A stretch of DNA of 35,129 nt from a virus (taxonomy: Duplodnaviria > Caudoviricetes). A program made the position numbers and the translations under genes. The notes under the pieces are model-generated. The model was given only the letters and a program-made list of their open reading frames with translations, had not been told where the DNA came from and searched no databases. Numbering within the stretch: position 1 is the first letter of the stretch; every line of letters begins with the position of its first letter. The stretch covers positions 1 to 35,129 of the IMG/VR virus record IMGVR_UViG_3300012971_000047. The stretch is one strand, 5' to 3'. Of this stretch, positions 27,034 through 35,129 are shown one piece after another.

Positions 27034-28620
27034 ATGGCATTTGACCCTTCTGTTATCGGTGACATCGGGAGCAACACTCCCGACATGGTCAAAGCGAAAT
27101 CCAATGCCTACACGCTTGCGGCTCAGATGGACCAGAACGCTTTGCGCAAGATTCAGCTTCACGATGCGGAGCAGACGTACGCCGACCAGGAGAAGGCGAA
27201 GCAGATCGTCAAGGGCGCCAAGAATGATACGGCGGAGGATCGCTTGGCGACGGCCGAGAGACTGCGGAAAGAAGTGGGGCCGGAGTACTCGAACAAATAC
27301 ATGCGGGAGATCCAAGGCGTTCAGTCCGGCGATTACGAGAACCAGATAAAGAAGATGCAGGTTGCCTCGGCTCAGCAAGAGCTGATTGTTGATGCCGTGG
27401 ACTCGGTTGTCACGCAGGTGCAGCAGTTCAAGGCGAACAATCCGAATGCCACGAATGCGATGCTCGATGCGAAGACGCAGGAGCTGGGGGCCGCTGCGCT
27501 GCAAGGTCTCGCGCAGTCGCATCCTGAACTGACCAAAGCGATCGCTGGCTTTGCTCAATCTCAAGGGGCTTCCACCTACCAAGGATGGAAGGCCGCGGAA
27601 GCGCAGAGCAAGGAGGGTCGCGCGCGGATTCAAATGCACCTGAAAGAACACGATGACATGCTTAAGGACCAGGATGCGCGCCGCAAGGACGATGAACTGA
27701 AGAATCAGCAACGCCGAACAGACATTGCGGAGGACGCCCAGCGACTGAAGGAGAAGCAAGACGCTGAGAAACAAAAGGAGAAGGAGGAGGGCTTAATCGA
27801 CGATCCAAACTTGCGGTTCATGGCTGATCAGTACCTCGCGGGCGATAAGTCTGTGCTTCAAGGGATCACCCGCGGGAAGCAGGGACAGAAGAACATGGTC
27901 AACCTGCGCGCCATGATTCGCGAAGAAGCGATCAAGCAAGGGTTGAAGCCGGTCGACGTCGCTGCTCGCATGGCCTCGTACGCTGCGTTCGTGGCCGAAG
28001 AAACCTCCGTGGGCAAGCGACAAGCGACCATCCTGACGGCCTCGAAGGAGTTCGACAATGTCAGCGATATCGTGGAGTCGGCATCGAAGAAGGTCGCCCG
28101 GGGCAACTGGGTACCGATGAACGTGATGATCCAGAAGCTCGATCAGATGAGGTCGGATCCGAAGCTCGGCAAGTTCGCGCAGGCGATCGACACCACGGTC
28201 AACGTGTATGCCAGGGCAATCGCCCCGACCGGCGTGTCGACTGCAGACGCTCGGCAAAGGGCGCTGGATATTCTGTCGTCGGCCACCAGTCAGGAGGACT
28301 TTGACGCGAAGCTGGACGTCATGAAGCAGGAGATCCAGGCCGCGATTGATTCGCCGGATGAAGTGAAAGAGATGATCCTGAAGAGTTTCGAAAACTCCAG
28401 GAAGCCAAAGCCGGGCTCGCCTGCGGCTGCCGCCGCTGCGGCGACTCCTGGAGCCGGTGCACCGTCTCTCAATGCGAGCGCGGCCCCGGGGGCTCCGGGA
28501 CCAGGGCAGATCACGCCAGTGACGCCACCATCTCCGCCGCAGACCGTTCCGCCGGGAGGTGCTCCGCCAGGAGCTGCGCCTGCGGGTAAATATGGGCCAG
28601 GTGGCATGGGGCTCTGGTGA
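27034..28620 (+). CDS. DNA ejection / internal virion protein 2
   Basis: Helical A/Q/K-rich 528 aa in the ejection-gene position; Pro-rich tail. Confidence 0.65.
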   Translation: MAFDPSVIGDIGSNTPDMVKAKSNAYTLAAQMDQNALRKIQLHDAEQTYADQEKAKQIVKGAKNDTAEDRLATAERLRKEVGPEYSNKYMREIQGVQSGDYENQIKKMQVASAQQELIVDAVDSVVTQVQQFKANNPNATNAMLDAKTQELGAAALQGLAQSHPELTKAIAGFAQSQGASTYQGWKAAEAQSKEGRARIQMHLKEHDDMLKDQDARRKDDELKNQQRRTDIAEDAQRLKEKQDAEKQKEKEEGLIDDPNLRFMADQYLAGDKSVLQGITRGKQGQKNMVNLRAMIREEAIKQGLKPVDVAARMASYAAFVAEETSVGKRQATILTASKEFDNVSDIVESASKKVARGNWVPMNVMIQKLDQMRSDPKLGKFAQAIDTTVNVYARAIAPTGVSTADARQRALDILSSATSQEDFDAKLDVMKQEIQAAIDSPDEVKEMILKSFENSRKPKPGSPAAAAAAATPGAGAPSLNASAAPGAPGPGQITPVTPPSPPQTVPPGGAPPGAAPAGKYGPGGMGLW

Positions 28621-31106
28621 TGGCTACGTGGGCTGAAGTCACTTCGAATCCGAAGTACCAGCAACTTCCGGACGACCAGAAGGAAGCCGCGCGCAACGAG
28701 TACTTCGACACGGTTGTGAAACCCAAACTCAAGCCGGATCAGGTCGACGCCGCGCGCTCCGAGTTCGACAAAACCACAAGCCGGGCAGCGAATAAGGCGC
28801 CCGCCCCGGGAACCCCGGAGAGAGCGAAAGAAGAGGAGAACGTCGGCCCAGCGGTGGCGCGCATGCTCGCGCAGGAGGTGGGGGACATCACGACCGGGAA
28901 GCCTCTCGCAGAGACCGCCTTGCACGTCGCCAGCGGCATTGCGTCTCTTCCGGTGCAAGCCGCTGGGAGCGTGTATGGGCTCGTGACGGCCCCTCCGGGC
29001 CTCAAGGCGAAGACAGCGGCGGAGAACGCGGCGGCGGTCGGTGAGGCGATGACATACCAGCCTCGCTCGCTCAGCGGTCAGGCTATGTCGAAGGGCGTCG
29101 ACACCGTCATGGGCCTGGTCCCCAAAGCCGCCGACTATGTGACCGGTGGGATCGCAGAGAACCCCACCGTCAAGAAGATCTTCGGCAACACCGGGGGCGA
29201 AGTGCTCCAGGGTCTGTCCAATTGGTCCATCCAGGCGTTGGCGACTGCTCTGGGACCGAAGGCGATTGGGAAAGTGACCGGGGCAGTCAGGGGCGCGGCT
29301 GCCGGGGCTGCCGAGACGGCTGCATCGAGGGCGGCGGCGAACGAGGCGGCCGTTGCCAAGGCGAAAGCGTTCGTCGAGAACAAGTCGGGCGTGAAGTGGG
29401 ATGACCTGACCGACGATATGAAGGACAAGCTTACCCTGGTCGCCCGCCACTCCCCCGACCTGCTGGAGCAGGTGAAGCCCTCATCTGTGGCCAGGGAGTC
29501 CCGTCTGCAGCAACTCAAGGTGCCCGCAACCAAGGGAGACATCGAGCGGAACGTTGCGCAGAAAACCCACGAAGAGACGCTCAGCAAGGGGCCGCAAGGC
29601 GAGCCGATTCAGAACATTCGGGCGGCACAGGATGTCCGGTTGCATCAATTGGTGGATGAATCCCGTAAGCAAACAGGCGCCAGGGCGGAGACCCGGCGGC
29701 AGGTCGGGGAGAGCGTGGAGGGCGCGCTCCGCGGCGCCAGGGAGGAGCATCCGCAGAAGTGGGGCGTGTCGGAAATCGCTAAGGGGTTGAAGTCCACCGC
29801 GAAGCAGGTTTGGTCGAAGGCCAATTACAATCGTCTGTACAACATCGCCCGCAAGACAGAGCCCGAAGCCAGCGTATCAGCGAAGCCATTGGTTGACATG
29901 CTTGAGAAGGAAGGCGGCCCAAGAAATCCAGACATTCAACATCTCGGATGGCTTCAGTCGTGGTTGAACAAGGCGAGAATTGTCGAAGAAGCTCCGAAAG
30001 ACGAAGGGCCGCAGCTTGTCGATGCGAAAGGCAAGCCGTTCAAAGAGGCGCCTGAAGGTCCGCAAATCCGCAACGTCAAGCTCGAAGAACTGCAGGATCT
30101 GCGGACAAGGGCCTCTGAGATTGCAAGAACCCCCACCAAGGATGCGTATTACGCCGGCAAGGTGGTAGAGGCGATCGATGCGGCCATGGAGAAGACTCCT
30201 GCCGCGGCCAAGGCATGGAAGGCAGCGCAACAAGCGTTCAAGGATCACAAGATCGAGTTCGAGGATCAACGGCTTGTGCGAGATCTGTCGGAGATGGATT
30301 CGCGCACCGATCCTAAGACGGCGCTCGAAGAGACTGGGAAGGCCGTGCGGGATGCCTCGGCCGATGAGATCAGGGGTCTCAGAAGGACGCTGACTGAAGG
30401 CGGCACGGCCAAAACACGGAATGCCGGCCGGCAGGCATGGCGGGATATCCGTGGATCTGTGATCGATTATCTGCGGGAGCAGGCGAACAAGAAAGAGAAC
30501 GTGGGGGCGGAGGATCAGCAGGAGTTCACGGCTGGGTTTGCCCACGCCGTGCTGGAGTTGGATCGGGACGGAAAGCTTCAAGCCCTGTTTGGCAAGGAGC
30601 AGGCGGCACAACTGCGGAAGGTCGCGCAGGCGACGAGAGACGTCCGTACAGGCCCTCGCAAAGGGGTGTCCGGCTCCGACACCGCGGCGAATGAAGAAGC
30701 CAAGGCGCAGCGGGAGCAATTGGCATTGCTGGAGAAGCTGGAGAAGGCGCCAGATGTGGGCTACGGGACCGGGATCGTCTCGAAAGGCGCTGGTTTCCTG
30801 AAGCGGAGAAGCCAGGCCAAGCAGACGGCGAGAGACGTCGAATCCGCCAAGCGCTCGCGCCTGACAGAGGCGGCCACGGACGCTAAGGCGCGGGCAGAGC
30901 GAGCCGAGAAATCTCCCCGTAAAGCACAGAACCGTCGCACCCTGGCGGGCGCCGCAGTCGCATCGACTCATCCGATGACGCTCCAGGAGGCGGAAGCCGT
31001 CCGGAACAAGCAAAAGGAAGATGCGCGGCGCGAGGAAGAGAACGACAAACGAGAAGCAGAAGCGCGTCGCAAGACGCGACGAGAAGCGGAAGCCAGCCAG
31101 GACTAA
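28617..31106 (+). CDS. DNA ejection / internal virion protein 3 (gp16-like position)
   Basis: WAEVTSNPKYQQLPDDQKEAARNEYFD N-terminus typical of such proteins; 829 aa, helical. Confidence 0.7.
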   Translation: MMATWAEVTSNPKYQQLPDDQKEAARNEYFDTVVKPKLKPDQVDAARSEFDKTTSRAANKAPAPGTPERAKEEENVGPAVARMLAQEVGDITTGKPLAETALHVASGIASLPVQAAGSVYGLVTAPPGLKAKTAAENAAAVGEAMTYQPRSLSGQAMSKGVDTVMGLVPKAADYVTGGIAENPTVKKIFGNTGGEVLQGLSNWSIQALATALGPKAIGKVTGAVRGAAAGAAETAASRAAANEAAVAKAKAFVENKSGVKWDDLTDDMKDKLTLVARHSPDLLEQVKPSSVARESRLQQLKVPATKGDIERNVAQKTHEETLSKGPQGEPIQNIRAAQDVRLHQLVDESRKQTGARAETRRQVGESVEGALRGAREEHPQKWGVSEIAKGLKSTAKQVWSKANYNRLYNIARKTEPEASVSAKPLVDMLEKEGGPRNPDIQHLGWLQSWLNKARIVEEAPKDEGPQLVDAKGKPFKEAPEGPQIRNVKLEELQDLRTRASEIARTPTKDAYYAGKVVEAIDAAMEKTPAAAKAWKAAQQAFKDHKIEFEDQRLVRDLSEMDSRTDPKTALEETGKAVRDASADEIRGLRRTLTEGGTAKTRNAGRQAWRDIRGSVIDYLREQANKKENVGAEDQQEFTAGFAHAVLELDRDGKLQALFGKEQAAQLRKVAQATRDVRTGPRKGVSGSDTAANEEAKAQREQLALLEKLEKAPDVGYGTGIVSKGAGFLKRRSQAKQTARDVESAKRSRLTEAATDAKARAERAEKSPRKAQNRRTLAGAAVASTHPMTLQEAEAVRNKQKEDARREEENDKREAEARRKTRREAEASQD

Positions 31107-31127
31107 TCCAACGATGGAACACGAGAG

Positions 31128-31150
31128 CCGCTACGGCACCACCGTAGCGG
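31128..31150 (+). promoter_or_regulatory. Hairpin abutting the SD of the ATP-grasp gene
   Basis: ccgctacgg-cacca-ccgtagcgg, perfect 9-bp stem, followed by agggggagccGTG. Confidence 0.55.
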
Positions 31151-31160
31151 AGGGGGAGCC

Positions 31161-32483
31161 GTGCGCCTATTGATCATCGATCACGATGGGGTGGGGCTGG
31201 CTTTCGCCTTGCGCTGTGTCAAAGCAGGTCACGCAGTCCGCTGGTTCATTCGGCCGAAGGAATCGAACAGCCCCACCGTAGGGGATGGGTTCAAGGGCAT
31301 CGAGAAGATCGACAACTGGATAGGGTCCGTGAAGTGGGCGGATCTCATCTGGTGTTCGAGTAACGATGCCTACCTGCCGAAGCTCGATGCGCTGCGCAAG
31401 CAAGGGGTGAAGGTATTCGGTCCCTCGACCGAGTCCGCGGCCCTGGAGATCAAGCGCGCCGAAGGGATGAAGTTCTTCGAGCAGAACAAGATCCAGGTCC
31501 CGCACTACGAGCAGTTCAAGTCGCTGAAGGATGCGGAAAGCTACATCCGCAAGAACGAGAAGCGATTCGTCTTCAAGACCCTCGGGGATAACGAGGACAA
31601 GAGCCTTTCGTACGTCAGCAAGACGCCGGCCGACATGATCGCGCGCCTGCAGCTCTGGCAGAAGATGGGGCTCAACCCTAAGGGGCCCGTGATGCTCCAG
31701 GAGTTCATTCCTGGAGTTGAGTTCGCAGTCTCGGGATGGATGGGCTCGGATGGATTCATCGGCAGGCCGAACGAGAATTTCGAGTTCAAGAAGCTGCTCT
31801 CTGGAAATTGCGGACCGAACTGCGGCGAGACCGGCACAGTCATGAAGTACGTGGCCGGGTCCGTCCTGGCCGAGATGGTGTTGTTCCCACTGGAGCCAGC
31901 GCTGCGCAAGCTGGGGCACCTCGGGGACATCGACGTCAATTGCATCATTGATGAAGCGGGCCATCCTTGGCCGCTGGAATTCACGGCTCGGTGCGGCTGG
32001 CCGGCGTTCAACATCATGCTCGCCGAACACAAGGGCGATCCGGTGCAGTGGATGCTCGATGCCTGCAATGGAAAGGATACCCTCGAAGTCTCACCGCAAG
32101 TCGCCTGCGGGATCGTGCTCGCGATCCCGGACTGGCCGTACAGCGAAAAGAAGCCAGAGGAGAAGACCGACATTCCGATCTACGGGGTGACGGACAAGAA
32201 CCGGCAGTTCATCGCTCCACAGTCGATCAAGCTCACCAAGCAACCCGCCATGGAAGGGGAGAAGGTCGTCGAAAAGGAGATCTGGACCTCAGCGGATGAT
32301 TACCTCGGGGTCGTCACCGGGATGGGACGAACCGTCAAGCGGGCCTGTGAACGAGCCTACGCCACGGTGAAGCAGCTCCACGTCCCGGATCTCATCTACC
32401 GGGATGACATCGGGGAGCGGCTGAAAGAAGAGCTACCCAAGCTGCACAAACACGGATTCGCCACGGAGTTCGAGTACACGTAG
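31161..32483 (+). CDS. ATP-grasp ligase, phosphoribosylamine-glycine ligase (PurD)-like
   Basis: VFGPSTESAALE, LQEFIPGVEF, EFKKLLSGNCGPNCGETG, LEFTARCGWP and YRDDIG, collinear with the PurD fold; lacks the GSGGREHA N-terminal motif. Confidence 0.85.
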   Translation: MRLLIIDHDGVGLAFALRCVKAGHAVRWFIRPKESNSPTVGDGFKGIEKIDNWIGSVKWADLIWCSSNDAYLPKLDALRKQGVKVFGPSTESAALEIKRAEGMKFFEQNKIQVPHYEQFKSLKDAESYIRKNEKRFVFKTLGDNEDKSLSYVSKTPADMIARLQLWQKMGLNPKGPVMLQEFIPGVEFAVSGWMGSDGFIGRPNENFEFKKLLSGNCGPNCGETGTVMKYVAGSVLAEMVLFPLEPALRKLGHLGDIDVNCIIDEAGHPWPLEFTARCGWPAFNIMLAEHKGDPVQWMLDACNGKDTLEVSPQVACGIVLAIPDWPYSEKKPEEKTDIPIYGVTDKNRQFIAPQSIKLTKQPAMEGEKVVEKEIWTSADDYLGVVTGMGRTVKRACERAYATVKQLHVPDLIYRDDIGERLKEELPKLHKHGFATEFEYT

Positions 32484-33668
32484 ATGGCTACATACTATCT
32501 CACGCCGATTTCCTCGATCTTCCAGTTCTTCAGCAATCAGGGGATCGTGCTTGCCGGCGGGCAGGTCTTCACGTACCTGGCCGGCACCACGACTCCACAG
32601 ACCACGGTCACCGACATCACCGGGAGTGTGAACAACTCGAACCCGATCATTCTCGATACCTCTGGCCGACTCCCCGGGGTCCAGGTTTGGCAGCCCGGCG
32701 GTGTCGCACTCAAAGTCGTGGTGCAGGACAAGAACAACAATCCGATTGGCCCGACCTTCGATCAGATCTCCGGCATCAACGATCCTAGCGGCTTGCTCGC
32801 GCCCTTCTCCGGCGCCGGCAAGGGTCAGGGTGCGGACCTGGTCGCGAACGCGATGCGCTCGTACGACATCTTCGCTTCCGTGCGGGCCGGGGTCACGCCG
32901 GTCCTCCAGCCAGGTCAAACGCTCATCATCGACGTCGAAGGTGGGACTGCGGTCAACGACGGAGTGGGTGGGTTCTTCTACTGGAACGCGACCAGTACGG
33001 CCACGGACGACGGGCAGAACGTCCTGCAGGTCACTGGCGCGGCCACGGGGCGATACATCCGCCTCGGGTACATCACCCCGAATGCCATGTACTCGTATGA
33101 CGTGTTCACCTCGTTGCGCAACGCCGTGGCGCCGATCATGGCGCTGCCCGGGCAGACGCTGATCATTCAGACCGAAGGGGCGGTTACGATCGGGGACAAT
33201 CTCGGGGGTCACTTCTACTGGTCAGCGGGGAGCGTCGCGGCGGATGACAACGCGAACGTTATCAAGCCGAACTCCATCAGCGGTGCCGGCCGGTACTTGC
33301 GCATCTTCGAGCCGGTGTCCCCCGCGCAGGTGACTCTCGCCGCAGTGACTCAGTACTTCGCGCAGAGCCTGACGGCAAACGGGTTCTGCACCATGCCGAA
33401 CGGCTGCATCCTCATGTGGGGCACGCTGACCAAGACGGCATCGACGCAAGGGACGGCGGTGACTTTCCCGGGATCCCCGCCAGGCTTCCCCCACAACTGT
33501 TTCGGCGTGACGTTGTCCAGCAATGGCAGCACGCCCACGGTGGATCGGGGATGGCTGCAGACCGTCAACTCCGTGACGAGTGCCGGATTCACGGTGAGTT
33601 CCTGCGACTTCGGCGCCGGAGCGCCGGATGGGACGGTGACGGTGTACTGGATGGCGGTGGGGAACTAG
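32484..33668 (+). CDS. Second tail fibre/tailspike-like protein with internal duplication
   Basis: Virion-attachment N-terminus QFFSNQGIVLAGGQVFTYLAGTTTP...NPIILD; two ~75-aa DG.GG.FYW repeats; fibre-tip C-terminus PNGCILMWG...FP...YWMAVG. Confidence 0.82.
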   Translation: MATYYLTPISSIFQFFSNQGIVLAGGQVFTYLAGTTTPQTTVTDITGSVNNSNPIILDTSGRLPGVQVWQPGGVALKVVVQDKNNNPIGPTFDQISGINDPSGLLAPFSGAGKGQGADLVANAMRSYDIFASVRAGVTPVLQPGQTLIIDVEGGTAVNDGVGGFFYWNATSTATDDGQNVLQVTGAATGRYIRLGYITPNAMYSYDVFTSLRNAVAPIMALPGQTLIIQTEGAVTIGDNLGGHFYWSAGSVAADDNANVIKPNSISGAGRYLRIFEPVSPAQVTLAAVTQYFAQSLTANGFCTMPNGCILMWGTLTKTASTQGTAVTFPGSPPGFPHNCFGVTLSSNGSTPTVDRGWLQTVNSVTSAGFTVSSCDFGAGAPDGTVTVYWMAVGN

Positions 33669-33690
33669 GCCGGGGAGTGTGCCCCGGCCT
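33667..33690. terminator. Hairpin between convergent genes
   Basis: aggccgggg-agtgtg-ccccggcct, perfect 9-bp stem; weak T tail. Confidence 0.6.
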
Positions 33691-33710
33691 TGTACTGCCC
33701 TAGTCCTAGA

Positions 33711-34868
33711 TCACCTTCGCATCGCGAGCTTGAATTGCTTGCGAGCGGCGTTGTGCGCCTTCAAGTGTCTGATCAGTGGATCGGCGGCGGCCTGGATGGC
33801 AGCGATCCCATCGAGGACTGTCGTCTCGAACGTACGCACGGCGCCCTCCAGGCTCGCGGCCAGCCTCGATCCCTCGTCATCGGCCGTGGCGGCGGACTCC
33901 GCGGCGAGCGCGATGAGAGCGTCCAGGGCGGCCTGTGGGACGGCTTGAGGCATGAACGCGGGGGCGGACACCTCTGGAGCCGGAGCGGGCTCTGCGGGCT
34001 CTGGTGCGGGCTCTGGTGCGACTTGAACGGGGATCGGCGGCGCCGCTAGCTGCGGCTGGGGCACTTCCTCGATCGGGAGATCTGTCTGCTCGGTGGTTTC
34101 GGATGGGTGCTTCTTCTCGTGCTTCTTCGCCGCCTGTTTCAGCTTCTTGGTGACGGCGAACTTCCCGCCGCCCAAGCGCTCGATCAGCCCTATGGCCGCG
34201 GGATACGTCAGGCCGTTTTCTATTTTTTTCCGATCGTTCGCGAACGCGTCGTAGCCGCTCGCTTTTAGTCGCTCGATGAAGTCCTGCCGCGTGAATGGAT
34301 TGGGCATCTGCGGCAGCATCTTCATGACAACTTCGTGACGTCCCTGGCCTTTGTAGAGATCGTTAGGATCGATCGGGGGTGTGTCGCTCTTCTTAGAAGC
34401 CTCTTCTTCCTGCAGAGCCTGCACGATGCGCTCCTTGTGGGTTTTAATCTCCGATCGAATGTGGTCAGTCATCACTGTGAGCGGGCCGTGGTCGACCATC
34501 AACTTGTCGTGCTTGCCCGTGCGCACGCTGTCTTCTAACCAGAGTTTGTAGCCCTTCTCGCGCAGATCCTGGAGGATGGCGGCGCCGCTGCGGGCCAATT
34601 GCGCGCCGATGGCTTGTGCGAGGTTAGAATTTTCGCCCTTGGGGACATCCAGATCGGTGTCAGGGCGTTTGTAGAGCGGCTTGCGGTAGTAGATCCCGTT
34701 AGCCTTTCCGGTGCGTCGTCCGCTTTGATCGCCGGACAGCACGTCTACGAAGTTGCGTGCTTCGCATGCTCTCCTTGCTGCGTCCTCGGGGGTGTACCCC
34801 TGAAATTCTACTGGATACTCATTGTGATTGCGGTCGCGCCCTATCAGGGCGTACGAGTGCATGGGCAT
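33711..34868 (-). CDS. Multidomain hypothetical protein (possible winged helix; Pro/Glu-rich linker)
   Basis: 385-aa ORF with GAAGG upstream; FTRQDFIERLK...GLIERLGGGKFAVT looks wHTH-like. Confidence 0.75.
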   Translation of the reverse strand: MPMHSYALIGRDRNHNEYPVEFQGYTPEDAARRACEARNFVDVLSGDQSGRRTGKANGIYYRKPLYKRPDTDLDVPKGENSNLAQAIGAQLARSGAAILQDLREKGYKLWLEDSVRTGKHDKLMVDHGPLTVMTDHIRSEIKTHKERIVQALQEEEASKKSDTPPIDPNDLYKGQGRHEVVMKMLPQMPNPFTRQDFIERLKASGYDAFANDRKKIENGLTYPAAIGLIERLGGGKFAVTKKLKQAAKKHEKKHPSETTEQTDLPIEEVPQPQLAAPPIPVQVAPEPAPEPAEPAPAPEVSAPAFMPQAVPQAALDALIALAAESAATADDEGSRLAASLEGAVRTFETTVLDGIAAIQAAADPLIRHLKAHNAARKQFKLAMRR

Positions 34869-34897
34869 GGTTGGCCTTCATGGTGATGGAAGAAACT

Positions 34898-35128
34898 TCA
34901 GGCAGTCGGGTGGTCCACTCCGTTCGTGCTGCGTGCGCGCAGCGATAGGATACGCGAAATCTCGGATCCCATGAAAAGCCTGTTCTTCCCACGCTTGAAA
35001 GACTCGATGCGGGAGCCACGAATCAGCTTGAATACGGTGACCCGTTTTACCTTAAGAAGTGCCGCCACCTCTTCGACCGAGTATTCCTTGTCGGCAATCA
35101 GGGCAGGAGGCGCCTCGTCGGAGATCGC
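34898..35128 (-). CDS. Partial gene with excisionase-like (HTH_17/MerR-type) DNA-binding domain (not in ORF track)
   Basis: Hand translation ...KEYSVEEVAALLKVKRVTVFKLIRGSRIESFKRGKNRLFMGSEISRIL...; open to the window edge. Confidence 0.75.
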   Translation of the reverse strand, partial: AISDEAPPALIADKEYSVEEVAALLKVKRVTVFKLIRGSRIESFKRGKNRLFMGSEISRILSLRARSTNGVDHPTA

Positions 35129-35129
35129 C

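Noticed and set aside
31114-31173. 19-aa ORF MEHESRYGTTVAEGEPCAY as a RiPP precursor for the ATP-grasp enzyme
   Set aside because: It has no SD and no graspetide leader or core motif, and the ligase is PurD-like rather than RimK/MvdD-like.
1415-33212. Long minus-strand ORFs (e.g. 1415..2569, 6352..7389, 13075..14388, 15058..16341, 29877..31013)
   Set aside because: They are antisense shadows of GC-rich real genes, with no recognisable motifs.
1-35129. Genome-wide stop-codon reassignment (TAG recoded)
   Set aside because: Terminase, portal, capsid and the 2098-aa fibre are full length in code 11, and TAG occurs only at plausible gene ends.
33669-35129. Prophage boundary or att site
   Set aside because: No integrase, tRNA or host housekeeping gene is visible; the strand switch fits a phage early/late junction.

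Overview
This window is the packaging and virion-morphogenesis arm of a GC-rich, podovirus-like (P22-type gene order) tailed phage or prophage. Almost all genes lie on the + strand. The order is: small basic and acidic ORFs, terS, terL, a fibre/beta-propeller accessory block, portal, scaffold, major capsid, capsid-associated genes with an HNH insertion, a methyltransferase-GT9 glycosyltransferase fusion, head-tail adaptor, gp10-like tail hub, a 2098-aa collagen-containing tail fibre, a 1.2-kb repeat-flanked FN3-like cassette, an AspH-family 2OG-Fe(II) hydroxylase, a GNAT, three ejection proteins, a PurD-like ATP-grasp ligase and a second fibre/spike. Two convergent minus-strand genes close the window. 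The main lead is a set of modifying enzymes (hydroxylase, methyltransferase-glycosyltransferase, ATP-grasp ligase, GNAT) interleaved with the structural genes, next to a collagen helix with no Lys/Arg but many Y-position Pro/Thr. This suggests a phage-encoded virion/collagen modification pathway. Other leads are a bistable RNA switch at the capsid ribosome-binding site and a chain of in-frame amber junctions. All family assignments come from motif recognition and synteny by eye; no database search was run. No integrase, lysis, tRNA, CRISPR or reverse transcriptase gene was recognised.
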